Virus record (IMG/VR): IMGVR_UViG_3300043436_002883
Span: 32,001 to 96,000 of that record
Source of the DNA: a virus
Strand: one strand, 5' to 3'
Length of the DNA stretch: 64,000 nucleotides
Shown here: piece after piece, positions 55,383 to 64,000 of the stretch
How the letters are laid out: every line of letters starts with the position of its first letter
How positions within the stretch are numbered: the first letter of the stretch is position 1
The notes under the pieces: model-generated
What the model was told of the DNA's origin: nothing
Databases searched by the model: none
Seen by the model: the letters and a program-made list of their open reading frames with translations, nothing else
Program-made: the position numbers and the translations under genes

Positions 55383-57094
55383 TGGGTGTAGAGAGAACAT
55401 TTGAACCTTATGTAGTTCAATCAACAACTAATATCGGTGCCATACCAGAAATAACTTTTGATTCAACATCATCAATTTCTGTTAAAATTTCTAAAACAAA
55501 TATGACTGTTGAGCCAGTGAGCTACTCTGTCACATATTATAAAATAGATGCATCAAATAACATGGTTGCTGGAACTTCTCAAACTGTAACAAAAACTGAA
55601 AACCCATTTACAATAAGCGGTCTTTCAACAAACCAATCCTATGGAATTTCTGTAAAAGCCAGCAACGGAACTACTTTTGGAAATACTGTTTACAGATCAT
55701 TTGCTACTCCAATTGAATATAATGTGGCAGGGTATAAGGGTACAGTTGTAGATCCTAATAAAGCGGCAGCAGCAAAATCATTTTTAAGAATGGCTAATAA
55801 CTCAAAAAGTGCTAAAGAATACTCTGTAGCATATAGAACATTTAGCGCAATATCATTGCCAACGGTTACAACATCGTACGCTGGGCTTCCTTCATATATT
55901 CAGGAAGCAATAAGAGTAAATTCAACAAAGCACTACGCATTTGGAACAAAGATGTTTTTGGAGTCCACTATTGATAGAACAAGGCAGTCGGCAGGACTCG
56001 GATTTTTTGTAGATGGACAGGGAAATGATGGATACTATATTTTAATTGATAGCACAGAAACGGCTGGTGCGGTAAATAAAAAAGAAGTAAGAATTTGTAA
56101 GGTAAAGGGTGGAGATATCCGTGTATTAAATGATACTCAAAAAAATACGGTAACTAGTCTTAATGGGGTATACGGAGGAAGGTCTTATGATATTGATGTT
56201 AAGGTTAAGGTTAATCTATCAACAATAAAGATCAGCGTATACATTAATGGATTTTTAATTTCTGCAACAGATAGCACTGGCGTCTATGAGGATGAAAATG
56301 GAAAAAGCTCAGTAAGCCAGATATTAAATCCAACAAAAACAATTGCCCTTGTGTGTAAGTACGGAGAGGCTATCTTTGATTATGTGTATGGTACAGATAT
56401 AGACGAAAAGAAATATAATGATTCTGAATTTGCAAAAAATATGTATCAAGGATCTTTTTCTAATGACTATTTAGATATTGGATTTGGCGACATTATTTAC
56501 AATAATTCTATAGAAGAAGACAATGCAAATAAGCCAGTGGGAATAGATGAATTTGGAACTTCGGTTAGAGAAATAAGAAAGGTGTCTTTAAGATACAATA
56601 GTGCTCCAGCATACCCAATTAAATTTTCAACAGGGCTAAATACATCTGTAAAGATATTAGGATCTAGGGTTAGCAATTTTGGTGGGGAGACATATGTATT
56701 GAATAACAGCTCCGCCCTTACTCCATTAAATGACGAAAAGGCAGCAACATTTTATTTATATGGAGACACAATTGCCCCATCTGGAACTCTAGAGTATAAC
56801 TCAGATATTCTGTCAGAGTATATAAACCAAGAGCCAGTAATATTTGAATCATCCTGGCTACAAAATCTTTCAGATGTAGAAGCACTAGGAACCTGGATTA
56901 AAAATAATATTGTAAATAAGGGCAAGCTAATTAATTTATCAGTATTTGGAAATCCATTTATTGCCGTTGGAGATATTGTATCTGTTAAATATTTATATCA
57001 AGGATTAGATGGCACACAAAAATTTATAGTTACAAACGTTAGACACACGTTTAGCGACGGACTAGATACGGAGATTACTTGTCGATCATTATAG
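55382..57094 (+). CDS. minor tail protein with FN3 and hub C-terminal motif
   Basis: GL..N.SY.ISVKA.N; GNP.I..GDIV.V...F.V..V.H. Confidence 0.7.
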   Translation: MGVERTFEPYVVQSTTNIGAIPEITFDSTSSISVKISKTNMTVEPVSYSVTYYKIDASNNMVAGTSQTVTKTENPFTISGLSTNQSYGISVKASNGTTFGNTVYRSFATPIEYNVAGYKGTVVDPNKAAAAKSFLRMANNSKSAKEYSVAYRTFSAISLPTVTTSYAGLPSYIQEAIRVNSTKHYAFGTKMFLESTIDRTRQSAGLGFFVDGQGNDGYYILIDSTETAGAVNKKEVRICKVKGGDIRVLNDTQKNTVTSLNGVYGGRSYDIDVKVKVNLSTIKISVYINGFLISATDSTGVYEDENGKSSVSQILNPTKTIALVCKYGEAIFDYVYGTDIDEKKYNDSEFAKNMYQGSFSNDYLDIGFGDIIYNNSIEEDNANKPVGIDEFGTSVREIRKVSLRYNSAPAYPIKFSTGLNTSVKILGSRVSNFGGETYVLNNSSALTPLNDEKAATFYLYGDTIAPSGTLEYNSDILSEYINQEPVIFESSWLQNLSDVEALGTWIKNNIVNKGKLINLSVFGNPFIAVGDIVSVKYLYQGLDGTQKFIVTNVRHTFSDGLDTEITCRSL

Positions 57095-57118
57095 TCGACC
57101 AGATGATATAATAATAAA

Positions 57119-57889
57119 ATGACAAAAGACACTAATAGAGTTGACGGAAAATCGGTTGTTGTTGGGCCTCCAATTGTTTTGCCAAAAAATTCTCCTGACC
57201 GTGTTTTTTTAAGAAAAACAGTTGGCATAGATATTGAAGAAGGGTCTAGGTCAAACGGAGTTAGCCCATTTGCCATCGGTTCTGGTGGTGGAGATAGCGG
57301 AGGAACCACACCAGTAGATCCAAACCCGCCAGTAGAAATAAATGACATTCCTCAATTAAGCGATATTGAAAATATTACATACCAGCAATATTATAATAGC
57401 TCTAATGCAATAAGAATTAAAGCTATTATTAAAATTAGAAATTCTAGCAAAAATAAAGCAAATGTTGTAGGGGTAGATGCAAGAAACCAGCCAAGTGGAC
57501 AATCATCTTCAACAGAACCTGCTTTGCCAATAGGCTTTACAAAACCTTCTCCTTCAGTTCCATCAGTTGCTTTTGATAGAACAGGAACTGCAATAGCTTG
57601 GGGATGGAACAATGTATCAGGATTAGGTTCTTATCAATCGGTTACTTATCAATGGGAAATAAGATCATCTTCAAGTATTACAAGTACAAAAATAAGTTCT
57701 GGAACAAAGACTTATGTATCAGGCGGATTGTTATCAATAGGAGATAGCGGAAAGACTAGAAATTATAGAGTCAGCTCAGGGCAAGGAGATACTCCTGCAA
57801 CATCTTCTGAAAGATGGCTAAGAGTTAGGGCGGTTGTTTTGGCAACAGACGGCAAAACATATTATTCAGGATATTCTGTACCAATCTAA
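57119..57889 (+). CDS. minor tail protein
   Basis: Leaderless TATAAT promoter; FN3-like C-terminus. Confidence 0.6.
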   Translation: MTKDTNRVDGKSVVVGPPIVLPKNSPDRVFLRKTVGIDIEEGSRSNGVSPFAIGSGGGDSGGTTPVDPNPPVEINDIPQLSDIENITYQQYYNSSNAIRIKAIIKIRNSSKNKANVVGVDARNQPSGQSSSTEPALPIGFTKPSPSVPSVAFDRTGTAIAWGWNNVSGLGSYQSVTYQWEIRSSSSITSTKISSGTKTYVSGGLLSIGDSGKTRNYRVSSGQGDTPATSSERWLRVRAVVLATDGKTYYSGYSVPI

Positions 57890-57897
57890 GGGGAATC

Positions 57898-58821
57898 ATG
57901 ATAAAAGGAACATATATATACTACGAAGACGGCCATGAAGTATACAGGTCTGAAAATGTTATTACCAAATACGGTAAAAGATTTTTGACTAGCTTTATAG
58001 CAGGAAGAGATTCATTTCAATCAAAGTCCATGGCTTTTGGTATTGATAGCACGGCAGCCCAAGACACAAATACAAGACTTGGTTTTGAATTTTATAGAAC
58101 CCCAGTACTTTTTGGAAGCACGGATATACAAACATTAAATGATACATCTACGTATTCTGTAGTGTATAAAGCAACAATCCCACAAGATGTTGTAGGATAT
58201 ATTACTGAGGTTGGCCTATACCCAGAATATAAAGAGTCCTTGGCATCTTATGATAGTAAATTTATAGCAGATTTTGACAACCAGTTGGATTGGACTAATG
58301 CTCCCTCAATAACAACAACTGATGCTAGGGTAGGTCAATATCTTTTAAGCATGTCTTCAGATGGAACATCTTTAAAAGAATATAAGGCAAATATACAGCC
58401 TATAGATCTTTCAGGTTATAGCGTAAATGATACCTTAAAGTTAGCCTATGTAAAAAATGATGCTAATCTACAAAACATTGTTATTAAGCTTTATAGTTCA
58501 ACACTAGATTATTATTCAGTAACCATAATTCCAGACTCTGGAACTGGATACAAAATGTCTTCTGATATTAAAATAGAAAATCTTTTCTTGAATGCAAGCA
58601 CTCTAAATGTTGACCCTTCAAATATTAATCAAATCGGAGTTACAATTACACCAGTCTCTGGGCAATCAACTACAGTTGGTTTAGATGCTTTAAGAATTAA
58701 TGACGAAGATACATTTGATCCAAACTTTGGTTTAATTAGTAGATCAGTTTTATCAACACCATTAGTTAAATTGGCTGGAAGGCAAGTAGATGTAGAGTAT
58801 AGATTGGATTTAGGATTCTAG
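57898..58821 (+). CDS. baseplate/fibre attachment protein
   Basis: N.IT..GK, L.FE.YR, I.EVGL and K......VEY.L motifs. Confidence 0.65.
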   Translation: MIKGTYIYYEDGHEVYRSENVITKYGKRFLTSFIAGRDSFQSKSMAFGIDSTAAQDTNTRLGFEFYRTPVLFGSTDIQTLNDTSTYSVVYKATIPQDVVGYITEVGLYPEYKESLASYDSKFIADFDNQLDWTNAPSITTTDARVGQYLLSMSSDGTSLKEYKANIQPIDLSGYSVNDTLKLAYVKNDANLQNIVIKLYSSTLDYYSVTIIPDSGTGYKMSSDIKIENLFLNASTLNVDPSNINQIGVTITPVSGQSTTVGLDALRINDEDTFDPNFGLISRSVLSTPLVKLAGRQVDVEYRLDLGF

Positions 58822-58822
58822 T

Positions 58823-61147
58823 ATGGCATATGAAGATCTAGATGACTATAGCGTAGGAGCTGCTGGCAGCGATACGTTTGATATTGTCATACCAGATTTA
58901 GATCCTTCTAGTGCATACCCAATTCAATTTAGATGGCAGTTTGCAGATAAGACATCTGGTCTATGGTCTGTTTCTAAGGTGCTGTACACCCCAGAGATCT
59001 CCAGACCAGAATCAACAAACGTTGTGGCTGTATGGAATGGAACCAACCTAGAAATTACCTGGGAGGCTCCAAATCTTGCAAATGGATTTACAATATACCT
59101 AACCTCTGGGGCAACAACGGTACCATTTGGTTATACCCTAGATAAAACAAAGACTACACAAAAAGCTATTCTTTCTTCTCAAGATCTTATTAATAATTTT
59201 TCAAGCGTTCTTCCAACAACTCTGACTGGACTATTAAAAACTACATACATAGATACGTCAACTACTGGAACAGCATTTGCTATACCACCTTATTCAGATG
59301 CAATTTCAGGTCAGAATATTTTAGATACAGATTGGTCAGTACTTTCTGTTTCAAATGGATTTACAGTTTCTTGGAGTGGCCCACTAGTTTCCTCTCCTTC
59401 ATACAAATATACAGAAGTTCATACTTCATCTTCTCAATCTGGTACGTACGACCTAGTATATTCTGGAATAGGTCCAGCGATTGTAACAGTTGCATCTTTG
59501 TCTACAAACTATATTAAAATTAAGCATGTATCTGTTACTGGATTAAAGTCTAATTTTTCAAGCGTTAAAGAGGCAGTGCCGTTTGATCCAATAGTTTTTG
59601 ATAGTACTCCGCCAGTTAACACATTTACTTTAGGCACCGCAACGGTAACAGATGACTCAAATGGATTATTTTCTTTTGACAAAAAGGTGTTATTCACATG
59701 GACGGAAAATACAGACTCCTCAACGTCTGGCTACAGGATAAGGTTTAGAATTGCTGGATCTGCATCTTCTTATACATACATGTCAGTACCAGGAAAAGAA
59801 AAAACTTCTACCTACATATACGGTCTAAAGGGCGGGAACTCTTATGAAGTTGCAGTAAGCACATTTGATATTTATGGAAATACTAATGAGACGCAGTGGC
59901 AAACTTATCCAAACATAGTGGCTCCAGTAAGCAATTCTCTTTTGCCAGATGTTGCAATTACAGCTGGAGATATGAAATTAGGATATGGAATTGGTGGAGA
60001 TAATGCTAGAAAAGGTCTTTACATTGCTCCAGACAACTACTGGTATGTTCAGGGTAATACAAACGTATCTAGCGCTGCAGTACTGTCAGTTGGTGGTGCA
60101 ACAGATAAGTTGTTGTGGAATGGAACAAGCTTATCCGTAACTGGAACTATTAATGCAAACGCTGGTAACTTTACTGGTGCTATTCAAGTTGGAACCCCAA
60201 CCGTATATGGTCAATTTAAACTTCAAACTCCAACTGGAACTAAAATTGAAATGGGTGCTCTGACAAATTCTTTAGGAGCATATACTGGCGGCGTTGGTAT
60301 TCAAGGAACAGATTCAACAGGAACTCTTTTCCAATTGGACACATCTTCTGGAATTATTGTTAATAAAGGAACAATAGGTGGATGGACAATTACATCTACT
60401 GCTATTAGCAAATCAAATACATCTTTGGGTTCCGACGGATCTATTACAGCTGGATCCGCTGGACAATTTTCAGTAAACTCAGCTGGAACTCTTTCAGCAA
60501 CAGGAGCTACTATAAGCGGAACCATAAGGGCAGTTTCTGGATTTATTGGAAGCACAAATGGAACATCCGCCACTGGATTTAATTTTAATGCTACACAAAT
60601 TACATCAGTCGGTGCACCGTCGGGAACAACTCAAATTGTATTAGACGGATCCACTGGAACAATTTCTGGCGGATTAATTTCAGGATCAACAGTAAGAGGA
60701 GCAATTCTTGAAACTGCTCAATCAGGTACATCTGTAAAAATTGACGGAGTAAGCTACCCTGGAACAGTTCAGCTATATGCATCAGGGTATGCATCTCCAG
60801 GAATCATTGATGTTAGCGGAAGTTATCCCACAAATGAATACACGCTTGGTGAGCTTATTATGATGCCACCAAGAGCAACGGGTCATTCTTCACCAACCTT
60901 AAGGCTATACTCTAGTGCAAGTGGAGGATTTACTGTTCTTGAATCTTCATCAACATCGATTGGAGATGTAAATGATACAACTTCTAATGTTAGATTAGAT
61001 GGGTATGTGACAATAAACCCTACTGGAGATTTGCCAGTGGCACTTAAATCAGTTAGAAATATTGAAGCGTGGCAGGGGTCTGGCCCTCCAAGCGGATCAT
61101 CATTTAATGGTAGCCGAATTGGCGACATTGTGCTATTCTACACATAG
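58823..61147 (+). CDS. tail fibre/tip protein with FN3 domain
   Basis: GL..G.SYEVAV..FD.YGN; G.IGGW.I and G.I.A.SG.IG repeats. Confidence 0.75.
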   Translation: MAYEDLDDYSVGAAGSDTFDIVIPDLDPSSAYPIQFRWQFADKTSGLWSVSKVLYTPEISRPESTNVVAVWNGTNLEITWEAPNLANGFTIYLTSGATTVPFGYTLDKTKTTQKAILSSQDLINNFSSVLPTTLTGLLKTTYIDTSTTGTAFAIPPYSDAISGQNILDTDWSVLSVSNGFTVSWSGPLVSSPSYKYTEVHTSSSQSGTYDLVYSGIGPAIVTVASLSTNYIKIKHVSVTGLKSNFSSVKEAVPFDPIVFDSTPPVNTFTLGTATVTDDSNGLFSFDKKVLFTWTENTDSSTSGYRIRFRIAGSASSYTYMSVPGKEKTSTYIYGLKGGNSYEVAVSTFDIYGNTNETQWQTYPNIVAPVSNSLLPDVAITAGDMKLGYGIGGDNARKGLYIAPDNYWYVQGNTNVSSAAVLSVGGATDKLLWNGTSLSVTGTINANAGNFTGAIQVGTPTVYGQFKLQTPTGTKIEMGALTNSLGAYTGGVGIQGTDSTGTLFQLDTSSGIIVNKGTIGGWTITSTAISKSNTSLGSDGSITAGSAGQFSVNSAGTLSATGATISGTIRAVSGFIGSTNGTSATGFNFNATQITSVGAPSGTTQIVLDGSTGTISGGLISGSTVRGAILETAQSGTSVKIDGVSYPGTVQLYASGYASPGIIDVSGSYPTNEYTLGELIMMPPRATGHSSPTLRLYSSASGGFTVLESSSTSIGDVNDTTSNVRLDGYVTINPTGDLPVALKSVRNIEAWQGSGPPSGSSFNGSRIGDIVLFYT

Positions 61148-61155
61148 GATAAATT

Positions 61156-64000
61156 ATGTATATTAAAACTGTAGCTGGATCGGGAAGCGTATCGACTAGA
61201 TGGAAAAATACTGCAGAATTTTACATTAAAACTGGCGCATCTGTATGGGAAAGAGTTCGTCAGGGATACATAAAAGTTTCTGCCACATCCTGGAAAAGAT
61301 TTTTTAATGAAGCAAACCTACCAGTTCAAATTACTGGTCCAACAATTAGAACAACAAACAACAGTGGATCTGGAACTATATATGACGGTCCAGTGGCATC
61401 AAGTACTCAATTTTTAGACGCAGATCTTTTTGGAAAAGACGGAACCTATTCAAACTACACTTCAATAACTGATAGAAGATTTTCTTGGGCAGACACACTA
61501 GACTCAGCAACACGTACAACAGTTGTATCTGATGATAGGTTTACATCTGCTGGGGGAATAACAAACTCCATAAGACTTGGACTAGATGACGATTATTTAT
61601 TTTATGAGGTTCAGGTAAATAATGGAACAGGTGATAATTTTATTAACCCAGTGTCAAGTCCTGTCAAGATGATTAAAAAACAGCCAGTTTTAGATACATT
61701 TTCAACAGAACTTACAGGTACCGCTTCACCACTATTTACACTGACATTTAACTATGGCTTAGAAAATTATTATTATAATAGAGCAGAGCAGGCAAACTCT
61801 AAAATAAGATGGTGGAGATCTTCTACCACCTCCCCTGGCGGAGTCATGCTTAAAGAAGAAGTTCTTACTGACACTGTTACCTTTTCAGATTCTACTACCT
61901 TGCTAGGGCAAAGCACATATACAATAGGAGCTAGTGCTGACAATGATTCATACATAGTTGTAGAAATAGAAATCGGAAGCTCATGGACAAGACATAACGG
62001 ATACAGCAATGCTTATAGATTGGCTTCATATGCGGCTGGCCCAGTAAAAGCTCCATATAGATTCTCATTTGGAAAAACCCTATATGTATCATCTAACGGA
62101 CATATTGGTTTAGATTCTGGATCGTCTTCATTTTCAACAATGTCTTCTGGCAGAAATATTGCTATATTGGTAAAAGACTTAGAACAATATTACCTTGCCG
62201 AGTATTCGGACAATAGCGTTTATTATCTATATTATAAGGGCTATTTGTATAACACATCAGCTTCTGCTGCAAACGCTGTAGATTATCAAATTAAATTTTA
62301 TAATGATTCCAGTATTAATTATTGTGATGTGTATATGGTTAGAGTTGGAATAAATGTTACTATGCCGAACTTGGACCGTGGCTACTATGTTTCTGGCAAT
62401 ACACAATATTCTGGTCAAGATGGCGGATCATTTTTTATAGGAACTGGAGCAGTATTCAGGGTATACTTTGATTCAACACCAGCTAAAACAACAGGGGTAT
62501 CCTGGACTACAGTAAATGATGCTTCATGGGATACTGTACAAACCTGGGCCTATCCACCTGGAGTAGACGATACATTTACTTCAGTAGTTTCGGCAGCAAA
62601 TCAATCAGCCCCAGTTCCGACTACTCCTACTTCTTTATCAACTTCAATTAACGCAAGTAATTTAATTGTTGTAACATTTAGCGGAGGAACTGGAGATCAA
62701 TATGATCTTTTTTATGCTAACCAAGACTCTAGGCCTACAGATCAACAAGCTACAACAGATTTTCCAAATGTAACTTCTCCGTACACTGCAACAACATTAA
62801 ATTTAAGAGGAATAACGAGATGGTTTTGGGTAAGAAAATCAACTGGAACACTAAGGTCTAACTGGTTTCCAGCAGGCACTGGTATTACAGCAAGGATCCC
62901 ACTGTATGCTCCACCTGCTCCAGTAATAACAAATTCTGCACAAACGCAAAATAGCCTAAGTTGGCACTGGACACAACCTGCACTTACAGCTACTCAAGAT
63001 GAGCCTACATCGTGGGACTATGCTTTAACTCAAAGCACATCTACGCCATCAAGTTGGACAAATTTAACAACCAGGCCAACTTCAGCTGCCCCTCTTGTTA
63101 TAGGCTCTTTAACTTCGGGAGTAGATTATTATTTACATGTTAGAGCAAAAAATGACGACAACAGTACGCTTGCTACACCAGTCCTTGGTAGAACAACTTC
63201 AAATAAGGTTCCGCCAACAATGGGCACTCCAACCCTATCAGCCGTAGGAGCTTTTGTAGCTGGGCAAAGAAGACTTTCAGTTCCATTTACAGCAGTTAGC
63301 GGTTCTGGACCAGCCTATCAAATTTATTGGTATTACAGTTCTACTAAACCGTCAGTGGTATCTACACCAGACGGGTCTGGTACATCAAGCCCAATTTTAG
63401 ATGAATCTGGCCCGACATCGATTGGTAGATGCTATGCATACATTAGATCTGCTGCCACAACAAGCACTACTGGATCAGTTGCTCCTTCAACAACACTTAG
63501 CGATTGGAGTGACGGTGTTTCATTTGACATATCGGGTACAAGAACACTAACATATGATGACAACACTACCGATACTACGGCCAGCATGCCAACTAGTCCA
63601 GTTAGCGGAACCGATCCCTGGGATGGGTGGGTTACAACAGTATCTGCAACCACCCCAACTAGAACAGGATATACATTTAATGGTTGGAACACATCAACAG
63701 ATGGAACTTCAGGAACAAATTATGCAGCATCAGCAGCAATTACCTTAACTTCAAATGTTACCCTCTATGCAAAATGGACTGCCAATACATACACAATAAC
63801 ATATGATGGCAACGGAAATACTTCAGGATCTGTTCCAGATTCTCAAACTAAAACACATGGCACGAATCTTACTTTAAGAACAAACACGGGCAGTTTAGCA
63901 AAAACTGGATTTTCTTTTGGTGGATGGAATACAAATGCAGCAGGCACTGGAACAAGTTATACATCAGGTGGTACTTATAGTACTAACGCAGGAGCAACTC
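61156..64000 (+). CDS. large adhesin-like tail protein with FN3 and InlB B-type (Listeria-Bacteroides) repeats; truncated by window end
   Basis: Not in ORF track (no stop); frame spot-checked open; PTRTGYTFNGWNT...TLYAKW and KTGFSFGGWNT repeats. Confidence 0.75.
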   Translation, partial: MYIKTVAGSGSVSTRWKNTAEFYIKTGASVWERVRQGYIKVSATSWKRFFNEANLPVQITGPTIRTTNNSGSGTIYDGPVASSTQFLDADLFGKDGTYSNYTSITDRRFSWADTLDSATRTTVVSDDRFTSAGGITNSIRLGLDDDYLFYEVQVNNGTGDNFINPVSSPVKMIKKQPVLDTFSTELTGTASPLFTLTFNYGLENYYYNRAEQANSKIRWWRSSTTSPGGVMLKEEVLTDTVTFSDSTTLLGQSTYTIGASADNDSYIVVEIEIGSSWTRHNGYSNAYRLASYAAGPVKAPYRFSFGKTLYVSSNGHIGLDSGSSSFSTMSSGRNIAILVKDLEQYYLAEYSDNSVYYLYYKGYLYNTSASAANAVDYQIKFYNDSSINYCDVYMVRVGINVTMPNLDRGYYVSGNTQYSGQDGGSFFIGTGAVFRVYFDSTPAKTTGVSWTTVNDASWDTVQTWAYPPGVDDTFTSVVSAANQSAPVPTTPTSLSTSINASNLIVVTFSGGTGDQYDLFYANQDSRPTDQQATTDFPNVTSPYTATTLNLRGITRWFWVRKSTGTLRSNWFPAGTGITARIPLYAPPAPVITNSAQTQNSLSWHWTQPALTATQDEPTSWDYALTQSTSTPSSWTNLTTRPTSAAPLVIGSLTSGVDYYLHVRAKNDDNSTLATPVLGRTTSNKVPPTMGTPTLSAVGAFVAGQRRLSVPFTAVSGSGPAYQIYWYYSSTKPSVVSTPDGSGTSSPILDESGPTSIGRCYAYIRSAATTSTTGSVAPSTTLSDWSDGVSFDISGTRTLTYDDNTTDTTASMPTSPVSGTDPWDGWVTTVSATTPTRTGYTFNGWNTSTDGTSGTNYAASAAITLTSNVTLYAKWTANTYTITYDGNGNTSGSVPDSQTKTHGTNLTLRTNTGSLAKTGFSFGGWNTNAAGTGTSYTSGGTYSTNAGAT

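Noticed and set aside
15597-63748. Numerous antisense and alternate-frame ORFs in the track overlapping large genes
   Set aside because: Explained by codon bias of the real plus-strand genes; no RBS or recognisable motifs.

Overview
This is a 64 kb, AT-rich piece of a large tailed (siphovirus-type) bacteriophage genome. It is probably a freshwater phage of an actinobacterial host, inferred from frequent leaderless genes, WhiA-like GACAC boxes, an r1t-like holin and the gene families present. Layout: (1) 1-9.8 kb is a minus-strand early/host-takeover region of about 35 small genes, a DUF932 gene, a gp88-like gene and tRNA-Asp. It is punctuated by fixed-geometry regulatory cassettes holding CRP boxes, DnaA boxes, CGACACGCC boxes and 13 copies of an unusual TGTCAG-N10-TANNNT promoter. 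(2) 9.9-17.7 kb holds an HNH gene, micro-membrane peptides, two 2OG-Fe(II) oxygenase-fold genes (one degenerate), a lytic transglycosylase, a GT4 glycosyltransferase, a class II ribonucleotide reductase and a holin-like protein with an EF-hand. (3) 17.8-36.5 kb is a fibre/decoration module ending in an FN3-(FFxPPx)21-Hint protein, followed directly by six prolyl-hydroxylase-like 2OG-Fe(II) oxygenases and two accessory genes. (4) 36.5-64 kb holds portal, protease/scaffold, major capsid, neck, tail tube, a frameshifted tail chaperone, a 2289-aa tape measure, and baseplate/fibre genes, the last running off the window end. The two best candidates for undescribed systems are the Pro/Phe-repeat Hint protein with its oxygenase array, and the modular array of host-transcription-factor boxes in the early region. 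All family calls are from motif recognition by eye; no searches were run.
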